From an uncultured Eisenbergiella sp. (lineage in GTDB: Bacteria > Bacillota > Clostridia > Lachnospirales > Lachnospiraceae): DNA of 64,000 nt. The position numbers and the translations under genes are program-made. Below, piece after piece: positions 30,101-37,292 of this stretch. Numbering within the stretch: the first letter of the stretch is position 1; each line of letters begins with the position of its first letter. Under the pieces are notes generated by a model. It was not told where the DNA came from and did no database searches. It saw only the letters and a program-made list of their open reading frames with translations. The stretch spans positions 11,201-75,200 of the forward strand of contig CANRGX010000005.1 in the NCBI GenBank assembly GCA_947630215.1, given 5' to 3'.

Positions 30101-33100
30101 TCCAGGGCGGAAGGGATGAGGCCGATCTGGAAAAAGCCCTGAAAGCCGGCGTGAACGCTTCTTATTCCGTGACGGTGAAAAAGGACGGCAAACCGTTGGG
30201 CGATCCCGTAACGGGCACTCTGACTTTCTTCGATGATCTCCCGCTTCCGGCGCAATATACGGACGTGGGAACCTATGAATATGAAATCAACGTAACTTTT
30301 ACAGATAAAGAATCTCCCTCCGGGCCGCCCTGCAGTCTCTCCACTACCGCGACCCTGATCATCGATCCCGTACTGGAAGTGATTGTGCACAAGGATCTGC
30401 AAGGACGGGACTGGAAAGAAGGAGACGCTTTTTCCTTCACTTTAGACCTTACATCGGGCAAGGCGACTATGCCCGCCCAAAAAAACGCCGATGCGACAAA
30501 GGAAAGCCCTACGGTTACTTTTTCCCCGATCTCTTTTGACGCCTCCGGCACGTGCACCTTTTCCGTTTCCGAAGCAGACGGCGGCGAACCCGGCATGACC
30601 TATGCGCAGAAGCAGAATGTGACGGTTCAGATCGACCGGACGGATACGGCGCCGTACCGGATTTCGGGAGAAGGCATTGTTTTGGATCCATCCGGGAATC
30701 TGTATCGCAAGGAGATCCCGTTTACAAACCTCTATACGCCCGGCGCCCTGACCGTCAAAAAGACCGTCACCGGCCGGGGAGCGGATGCGACACGAAGGTT
30801 TGCCTTTACGGTAGAACTGAGCGACCCTACCCTCACCGGCACCTACGGCGGCATGACCTTCCAAGAGGGCGTGGCCTCTTTCAGTCTGAGCGACGGACAG
30901 AGCCTGACGGCGGAAAACCTTCCGGCGGGCGTGACTTATACTGTCACGGAAACCGACGCGGATCAGGACAACTACAAAACCGACGTCACCGGCGCACCGA
31001 CCGGCACGATCCAGTCCGGCGTGACGGCCAGCGTCGCCTATACCAATACTTACCGGACCGGCGATCTGACCGTCAAAAAGACCGTTTCCGGTGACAAGGC
31101 GGACAAAAAGCGGAAATTTACCTTCACCGTAACGCTGGATCATACGGAAATCAACGGTCTGTACGGTGAAATGACCTTCTCCAACGGCACCGCCTCCTTT
31201 GATCTGGCCGACGGCGAAAGCATCACCGCTTCCGATCTGCCTGCGGGAACAGGCTATACGATTTCGGAAGAACCGGTTACCGGCTATACGGCCAGTCTTC
31301 CCGATTCCGGGAAAACCGGCACCGTTCCGGATGGCTCCGAAATCCTGGAAACCATTACCAACACCTATCGGACCGGAAACCTGACCGTGAAAAAGGTGGT
31401 GTCCGACGGCGGCAACAAGGAACGAAAGTTCCAGATCCGCGTCCGGCTGGACGATACGTCTGTCAGCGGCAACTTTGGCGGCATGACGTTTACAAACGGC
31501 GTCGCCGAACTCTCCTTAAAGGACGGGGAAAGTAAAACAGCCCTGGATCTGCCGGCCGGTGCAGGCTATACCGTCACGGAAGTGCGGGATGCAAACCTGA
31601 AAGGGTATACGGTTGCCGTCACGCCTTCCGACACAGGGACAATCCCTGCGGACGGCACGGAGGAAGTCACCGTCACCAACACCTATGACGCCGGGACGCT
31701 GACCGTCTCCAAAACGGTGACGGGGGACGGCGCCGATCCGGACAAGGCGTTTACCTTTACCGTAACCCTGAGCGATAAAACGGTACAGGGCCCCAGAGGA
31801 CAAAACGCGCAGGGAGGATTACTGCAGTTTACAGCGGGCGTCGCGTCCTTTACGCTGACGGACGGACAGTCCGTGACCATCCCCGGCCTGCCGGCCGGCG
31901 CGACCTACACCGTCACGGAAGCGTCCGAGGACGGCTATCTGCTCACCGAAGCCTCCAACGAATCCGGCACCATCCCCAGTGGCGGCACCATAACGGCGGC
32001 ATTTACCAACACCTACCGGCCGGGACATCTGCTGGTCCGGAAAACCGTCTCCGGCAGGGGAGCGGATCCAACGCAGGACTTTTCCTTCACCGTCACGCTG
32101 TCAGGCCACCCCGAATGCAACCACAAGCATGGGGATATGCAGTTTACCAACGGGACGGCCACTTTCACCCTGCACGACGGAGAGTCGGTTTCCGCCTCCG
32201 ATCTGCCCATTGGAACCTACACCGTGACGGAAACGCCCGTGGAGGGCTATGCGTCCTCTGTCAACGGCACGGAAGCCAACACCTTCACCGGGGAGCTGAC
32301 CAGTACGGACTCCTCCGCCACTGTGGCCTTCCTCAACCGGTATCAGACCGGCAGCCTGGAAGTGACCAAAACCGTCTCCGGCGGCGACATCACCCGGCCC
32401 TTCTCCTTTGAGGTCACTCTGGACCGGGCTCTGAACGGCACCTACGGCGAAATGAACTTTAAAGACGGCGTGGCGTCCTTTTCCCTGACCGGCGGCGAAA
32501 GCATCACCGCTGAGCAGCTGCCTGCCGGTGTTCCATATACCGTTAAGGAAAAAGAGGAAAATCAGAACGGCTATCAAACCACCTATGAAAACGCTTCCGG
32601 CACCATTCCGGATCAAAAGACAGCGCAGGTTTCCGTCCTGAATACCTTCCACAGCGGTTCCCTGACCGTGAAGAAGGTGCTCACTGCCGGGGGCAACACC
32701 ACCAGGGCCTTCTCCTTTACCGTAACCTTTGAAAGCCCCGGTCTGACCGGCACTTACGGCGGACTTTCCTTTACGGACGGAACCGCCTCTGCGTCCTTTT
32801 CCTTAAAGGGCGGGGAAAGCAGGACCTTTTCCGGCCTGCCTGCAGGAACCGCATATACCGTAACCGAGGAGAAGCTGTCGGATTACCGGACCACCTATGA
32901 CAAACAGACCGGCGCCATTCCGGACGGCAAAACGGCAACGACCACGGTGACAAACCACTACCCTGCCGGCGGCCTGACCGTCAAAAAGACCGTCGCGGGA
33001 GACGGCGCGGACCGGACAAAGACGTTTCATTTCACCGTGACCCTGACCGACACCGGCATCAACGGGCCGCGGGGAACCGATGCCAAAAAGCAACCGCTGG

Positions 33101-36100
33101 TCTTTACCAACGGCGTCGCCCGCTTTACCTTACAGCACGGCCAGCAGGTGGTTCTGGAGGGACTGCCCGCCGGGACCGGCTATAAGGTCACGGAAGAAGA
33201 AAGCAACCAGAGCGGCTATGCCACCACTTCCACAGGCGAAGCCGGTACCATCCGGGAGAACCGGACGGCGATGGCTTCCTTTACCAACACCTATACCACC
33301 GGCGGTCTGACCGTTTCCAAGGTCGTCAGCGGAGACGGCGCGGATCTTACCAGAGCCTTTTCCTTCCTTGTAACACTGGACGATCCGGATATCAGCGGCA
33401 CCTACGGCAATATGGTCTTTGATCACGGAAAAGCTGCATTTTCCCTGACCCATGGCCAGTTTAAAGAAGCAAAGAATCTGCCGGCCGGCACCGGGTATAC
33501 CGTTACGGAAACCGACGCGAATCAGAGCAATTATGAAGCGACTTCTACCGGCGCCTCCGGCACGATCCGCACCAGCGGTTCCGCTGCCGCCGTCTTTACC
33601 AACCGCTACAAAAGCGGCGGCCTGACCGTTTCCAAAAAGACGGTCGACGCACCCGCTCCGGATAAGAGCAAAGCGTTTTCCTTTACCGTAACGCTGGATC
33701 GTTCTTCTATAAACGGGGAATACGGCGGTATGGTATTTGAAAACGGCGTCGCACAGTTTGACCTTGCGGACGGAGAATCCAGAAGCGCAAAAGGCCTGCC
33801 CGCCGGCACCGGCTATACGGTCACGGAAACAGAAACGACAGGCTATACTTCCTCCATACCGGACGGCGCGTCCGGTCGGATTCCGGACAATGCCCTGGCG
33901 CGCCTGGAAGTCACCAACACCTATCATGCCGGCAATCTTACCGTCACTAAAATCCTGTCCGAGGGCGGCAACCAACAGCGGCGTTTCCTCATCCATGTGA
34001 GCCTGGACGACAAGACCATCGAGGGCAAATACGGCGATATGACATTTGAAAAAGGGGTAGCCTCCTTTGAACTGGCCGGCGTGGACGACGGAACCGGCAG
34101 CAATGTCAAACGGGCACAGGGGCTGCCCGCCGGTATGGGGTACCATGTGACGGAAACCGCCGTGAAGGGATATCGGGCTTCTTACGAAAACCAGGACGGC
34201 GTTATCCCGGAAGATGATACGATTGCCGCCACAATTACCAATACGTACAATGCAGGCTCCCTGCAGATTTCCAAAACCGTGGCGGATGCTCCTGCGGCGG
34301 ATAAAGACAAGGCTTTCCACTTTACCGTCACTCTGTCCGATCAAACCGTAAACGGGCCGAGAGGAGAAGCGACCTTCCAGGCCGGAAAAGCCACCTTTTC
34401 CCTGAAAGACGGGGAAAAACTCCTGATCCCGGGGCTGCCGGCGGGTACCCATTACACCGTCACGGAAAACGACGCGGGACAGGACGGCTATGTCACTTCC
34501 AGTACCGGCGCCTCCGGCGACATCCAGTTAGACACCACACAGGAAGCGAATTTTACCAACACCTACCGGCCCGGCAGCCTGACTGTTTCTAAAACTGTAA
34601 TCGGCGCTCCGGAAGCAGATCGGGAGCGGGAATTTCAATTTACCGTAACGCTGGTAGGTCAGACAGACTGCACCGGCCATGACCACGGCGCTGATATGAC
34701 GTTTGTCAACGGCGTAGCCAATTTTACGCTGAAAAACGGAGAGAGTAAAACCGCCGACAATCTGCCTGTCGGAGACTATATCGTTGAGGAAACACCGGAG
34801 GACGGCTACGATACCACCGTCAACAGCAAATCCGACAGCAAAATCACCGGCACCATTTCAGCAGGCGCCGCAACAAGTACCTCTGCAACAGCCGCTTTCG
34901 TCAACACTTACAAAACCGGAACGCTGACGGTTTCCAAAACCGTTGCAAAAGGCAGCAAATCCAAACCGTTCCATTTCACCGTTACACTGAACGATCCTAC
35001 GATCAGCGGTTCTTATGGCGAGATGAACTTTAAAGAGGGAAAAGCCACTTTTGACCTGGCGGACAGCGAAAGTGTTACTGCCGACAATCTGCCGGACGGT
35101 CTTACCTATGAAGTGACAGAAAAAGAAGAAACCGGATACCAGACGCAAAGCACCGGCGCTTCCGGCAGTATTACATTCGGCCTGCCGGCCCATGCTAGCT
35201 TTACCAATACGTTCCATCCGGGCAGTTTGCGCATCACCAAGGAGCTTTCCGACGGGGGCAACCAAATGCGGGACTTCTCCTTTATCGTCGATTTGCACGA
35301 TCTGGATATTTCCGGAAAATACGGCGATTTGACCTTCCGATCCGGGCAGGCATCCTTTACGCTAAAGGGCGGGGAAAGCAAAACGGCCTCCGGCCTTCCC
35401 TCCGGCGCTTCTTACGATGTGACCGAACGGCGGGCCGACGGCTATATCACCTCTTATGAAAACTGCAGCGGAACCATCCCGGACGGCAGCATAGCGGAGG
35501 CAAAGGTCATCAATACCTACGACGCCGGCACTTTGACCATTTCCAAAACCGTCAAGGGATCTGCGGGCGACAAAAACAAGGAATTTCATTTTACAATCAC
35601 CCTCAGTGATTCCGGCGTCAACGGCCCGAGAGGAGAGGTATCTTTCACAGACGGCACAGCCTCCCTTTCCTTAAAACACGGAGAAGTAATTTATATCCCG
35701 GGTCTGCCCACCGGTACCCACTACGAGGTACAGGAGGCCGAAGCGAACAAAAACGGCTATAAAACCACTGCTTCCGGAGCATCCGGCACAATCGAAGCAG
35801 GGAAAACAGCGGTGGCCGCCTTTACCAACCGCAAAGAGAAACCGGCCGACAGCGCGGATACTCCCGAGGAGAAAGAGAAAGAGGACGAAGATCCCACGCC
35901 TCCCTCCGAATCTTCTTCTGTTTCGACAGAATCGCGGCAGGAGACAGGGACTTTCGTTCCCGCTGTCGTTCCCGAAGCAGAGCTGACGGCGCTTCCGGCC
36001 GCAACCGAAGATCCTTCCGGTACAGCCGGTGCGAATACGCCTGCGACCGGTGATGAGAACCGTCCGCTTTTCTGGGCTATTCTGCTATGCCTGTCCCTTG

Positions 36101-36144
36101 CGGGACTGACCGTTCCCCTTCTGAATCAAAAACGGCGCCGTTAA
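27109..36144 (+). CDS. Giant sortase-anchored adhesin (~3010 aa): signal peptide, Glu/Thr stalk, duplicated InlB-B-repeat-like module, Spy0128-like domain, 16 CnaB-like repeats
   Basis: Start MKQNKV after GGGAGG; C-terminal 'TPATGDE' plus hydrophobic helix and KRRR tail; repeats 'G.LTV.KTV...F.FTV.L...G...F....A.F.L..G......LP.G..Y.V.E....Y.......G.I.......TN.Y'. Confidence 0.88.
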   Translation: MKQNKVRPISQLGRRLTAFSLALLLALSLVGTQDWTDAYASDFSTAAAEQTQQAEQSPAAYVQDSDDGANSGDGLTSSETPPSQPDAADTGSTPESSDPATPTETENPVETQTGSTEAEKEIPTESGEQAETETETETGAETETETETETETETETETETETETELETETETETESSGKSGFPMSIFSAPDTPTLAFSVAPDPADKNTPPKNYTLTVTYTGNQTLTGKSNGLVFTRKEMGAKLVWNGDETTPSGYGSRDSNTTFYVLGSKDGSQAYTLESSKSFSIPFKLDSVPNTQPFDFGFSVSLAEETLQYGDIYVSAISEDIIFQYDNGTITPASFSLPLSPTGEPGPTEPTGYTLIYHLNAPRNKEEAVHTESSETGSFSLKSVGDGTDTIFDTISDANTTKGLVEGYYGATSDRYYFAGWSREENASFSSYDKIEFPITDIGNNKATYRGYRTAPSLSAEQKTTHLYAVWAPEESVGLFGYVMSIEGGDFVSDTQTDGQKLGDNGTTSQNNAKKYVVYDKGYWEESETPFTVSGERPTDSINNYSFLTWFNKSPKQADKYIVMPGDQVLYGGQHSIYSLDAVWGELNRGTDVSCRFDGKAHSIDFNTLASGSGSGAAKNAPQTKFHAGSYSGSVQTAFDKVFSSDQVSYTYTVTKDGTPVNPETFTRNADGVPVFTEPGVYEYTVNAELNVPANFLNDPSKSTGVGIGTIQATLTITHEAELIYHFNAPETPTDQTSMDTDPTVEGGSYTYFVRQLEEAFPQSEYDDFLTSLKAQLENGRITINGKNWYFAGWSKKANPAGYPDVDYAVSVFEKGDNKSARLLADDLKLTTSNNTADLYAVWVESPALFGYTMTIPDGDFASSERTSDNQTLGDNGITGKGAKKYVVLDRGYDFEQDKDKEIRVTTEIPQDAKTGYTFLAWYNKNYTKEDKNTGGNNKNLNNPFTFPGGQVYFGNTNTVFSLDAVWSRLEAQNDRVLYDGEEHGLPAAKFLFQGGRDEADLEKALKAGVNASYSVTVKKDGKPLGDPVTGTLTFFDDLPLPAQYTDVGTYEYEINVTFTDKESPSGPPCSLSTTATLIIDPVLEVIVHKDLQGRDWKEGDAFSFTLDLTSGKATMPAQKNADATKESPTVTFSPISFDASGTCTFSVSEADGGEPGMTYAQKQNVTVQIDRTDTAPYRISGEGIVLDPSGNLYRKEIPFTNLYTPGALTVKKTVTGRGADATRRFAFTVELSDPTLTGTYGGMTFQEGVASFSLSDGQSLTAENLPAGVTYTVTETDADQDNYKTDVTGAPTGTIQSGVTASVAYTNTYRTGDLTVKKTVSGDKADKKRKFTFTVTLDHTEINGLYGEMTFSNGTASFDLADGESITASDLPAGTGYTISEEPVTGYTASLPDSGKTGTVPDGSEILETITNTYRTGNLTVKKVVSDGGNKERKFQIRVRLDDTSVSGNFGGMTFTNGVAELSLKDGESKTALDLPAGAGYTVTEVRDANLKGYTVAVTPSDTGTIPADGTEEVTVTNTYDAGTLTVSKTVTGDGADPDKAFTFTVTLSDKTVQGPRGQNAQGGLLQFTAGVASFTLTDGQSVTIPGLPAGATYTVTEASEDGYLLTEASNESGTIPSGGTITAAFTNTYRPGHLLVRKTVSGRGADPTQDFSFTVTLSGHPECNHKHGDMQFTNGTATFTLHDGESVSASDLPIGTYTVTETPVEGYASSVNGTEANTFTGELTSTDSSATVAFLNRYQTGSLEVTKTVSGGDITRPFSFEVTLDRALNGTYGEMNFKDGVASFSLTGGESITAEQLPAGVPYTVKEKEENQNGYQTTYENASGTIPDQKTAQVSVLNTFHSGSLTVKKVLTAGGNTTRAFSFTVTFESPGLTGTYGGLSFTDGTASASFSLKGGESRTFSGLPAGTAYTVTEEKLSDYRTTYDKQTGAIPDGKTATTTVTNHYPAGGLTVKKTVAGDGADRTKTFHFTVTLTDTGINGPRGTDAKKQPLVFTNGVARFTLQHGQQVVLEGLPAGTGYKVTEEESNQSGYATTSTGEAGTIRENRTAMASFTNTYTTGGLTVSKVVSGDGADLTRAFSFLVTLDDPDISGTYGNMVFDHGKAAFSLTHGQFKEAKNLPAGTGYTVTETDANQSNYEATSTGASGTIRTSGSAAAVFTNRYKSGGLTVSKKTVDAPAPDKSKAFSFTVTLDRSSINGEYGGMVFENGVAQFDLADGESRSAKGLPAGTGYTVTETETTGYTSSIPDGASGRIPDNALARLEVTNTYHAGNLTVTKILSEGGNQQRRFLIHVSLDDKTIEGKYGDMTFEKGVASFELAGVDDGTGSNVKRAQGLPAGMGYHVTETAVKGYRASYENQDGVIPEDDTIAATITNTYNAGSLQISKTVADAPAADKDKAFHFTVTLSDQTVNGPRGEATFQAGKATFSLKDGEKLLIPGLPAGTHYTVTENDAGQDGYVTSSTGASGDIQLDTTQEANFTNTYRPGSLTVSKTVIGAPEADREREFQFTVTLVGQTDCTGHDHGADMTFVNGVANFTLKNGESKTADNLPVGDYIVEETPEDGYDTTVNSKSDSKITGTISAGAATSTSATAAFVNTYKTGTLTVSKTVAKGSKSKPFHFTVTLNDPTISGSYGEMNFKEGKATFDLADSESVTADNLPDGLTYEVTEKEETGYQTQSTGASGSITFGLPAHASFTNTFHPGSLRITKELSDGGNQMRDFSFIVDLHDLDISGKYGDLTFRSGQASFTLKGGESKTASGLPSGASYDVTERRADGYITSYENCSGTIPDGSIAEAKVINTYDAGTLTISKTVKGSAGDKNKEFHFTITLSDSGVNGPRGEVSFTDGTASLSLKHGEVIYIPGLPTGTHYEVQEAEANKNGYKTTASGASGTIEAGKTAVAAFTNRKEKPADSADTPEEKEKEDEDPTPPSESSSVSTESRQETGTFVPAVVPEAELTALPAATEDPSGTAGANTPATGDENRPLFWAILLCLSLAGLTVPLLNQKRRR
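27498..27630 (+). repeat. Imperfect 6-bp (GA(A/G)AC(C/G/A/T)) repeat encoding a poly-(ET) tract
   Basis: ETETETETGAETETETETETETETETETETELETETETE in the translation. Confidence 0.85.
30742..35838 (+). repeat. 16 tandem ~105-aa CnaB-like domain repeats
   Basis: 16 units counted by hand, each from 'G.L.(V/I).K' to 'N(T/R/H)(Y/F/K)'. Confidence 0.85.
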
Positions 36145-36157
36145 GGCGCCGTTTTTT
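36128..36157. terminator. Bidirectional terminator overlapping the adhesin stop codon
   Basis: AAAAACGGCGCC-GTTAA-GGCGCCGTTTTT; perfect 12-bp stem between convergent genes. Confidence 0.85.
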
Positions 36158-36197
36158 TACAAAACGAACAGGGCAAAGAGGTTTGATGTCCGGCGTT

Positions 36198-36923
36198 TCA
36201 TCGCGTATTTTTGAGAATCGGGCTGAGCTTTTTATAGACCAGCAGCGTAACCAGGGACACCAGCGCACCTTTCAGCAGATTCAGCGGCACCACGCAAAGG
36301 AGCACCAGCCCCGTCACACTGTCAATGGAAGGATGGATCGCCGCTCCCATGGCGATAATGGCGTCCAGGGGCATCCCAAACATCTGGGCGAACTTGGGAA
36401 GCAGATATACTGCGTTGAACAGCGCTCCTCCCAATGCCATCAGCAGCGTCCCTGTCACAGTTCCCACAATGGCCCTGCGGCGGCTTTTATGAAACAGATA
36501 AAAGACGGAGGCAGGCAGAACCAGCATACAGCTGACCACAAAATTCGCCAGCTCTCCCACAAAGGCCGTGGACGAGGGTTTTAACACCAGCTTGACCAAA
36601 ATCTTTAAAAACTCAATCATGACACCGGCTACCGGGCCATAGGCAAACGCGCCGATGAGCGCGGGCAGCTCTGAAAAATCGATGTCATAAAAAGATGGCG
36701 CGAAGGGAACCGGAAATGACAGGGACATCAGAATCCCGGAAATAGCGGAAAAAATACCGATCACCACAATTTTCCTGGTTGCCAGCACCCGCTGGGTATC
36801 GCCGTTCCTTTTTTTGACCGCCTTTTCGATTCCGTATGCCAGCAAAAACACAAGCAGCACCAGCCCCAGAAATTGCAGGACAAAAATCAGATTCTCCGTT
36901 ACACTCTGCAGCAGTTCTTTCAT
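36198..36923 (-). CDS. ribU: ECF transporter S component for riboflavin
   Basis: 'PSFYDIDFSELPALIGAFAYGPVAGVMIEFLK', 'FVGELANF', 'PLNLLKG'; directly downstream of an FMN riboswitch. Confidence 0.85.
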   Translation of the reverse strand: MKELLQSVTENLIFVLQFLGLVLLVFLLAYGIEKAVKKRNGDTQRVLATRKIVVIGIFSAISGILMSLSFPVPFAPSFYDIDFSELPALIGAFAYGPVAGVMIEFLKILVKLVLKPSSTAFVGELANFVVSCMLVLPASVFYLFHKSRRRAIVGTVTGTLLMALGGALFNAVYLLPKFAQMFGMPLDAIIAMGAAIHPSIDSVTGLVLLCVVPLNLLKGALVSLVTLLVYKKLSPILKNTR

Positions 36924-36973
36924 TTTTAAAATCTCCTTTCCGACTGAGAAGGGAAAGTTCTTTTGTACCGCGC

Positions 36974-37003
36974 AAAAAGCCCGAAGGAAAATCTCCTTCG
37001 GGC
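36974..37003 (-). terminator. Riboswitch expression-platform terminator
   Basis: Minus strand GCCCGAAGGA-GATTT-TCCTTCGGGC-TTTTTG between the aptamer and ribU. Confidence 0.8.
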
Positions 37004-37070
37004 CATACTTGCCGGTTCTGCGGTTCCCCAAAGCTGCTCACAACGCGCTTTGGCTCCCGTATCCTGCGGT

Positions 37071-37210
37071 TGTCTTCTTTCATCCAGACTGTACTGTCGG
37101 CTTCGGAATTTCCCGACGGATTCCCAGAAATCCGCCGCGATCACCGAATCATACCTTTCGGCTCGTGGGCTGTACCACCGGTTGGGACTTTCACCCGACC
37201 CTGAAGAACT
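37071..37210 (-). ncRNA. FMN riboswitch (RFN element)
   Basis: Minus strand TTCTTCAGGGTCGGGTGAAAGTCCCAACCGGTGGTACAGCCCACGAGC...GATTCGGTG...AATTCCGAAGCCGACAGTACAGTCTGGATGAAAGAAGA matches the RFN consensus. Confidence 0.93.
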
Positions 37211-37292
37211 TCACCTCATTTATTTTTACCTGTTTATCATACTCCGCCGGAAGCAGTCTGTCAACGGTCTTTTTTTGCCTGTATGCCTCTGT

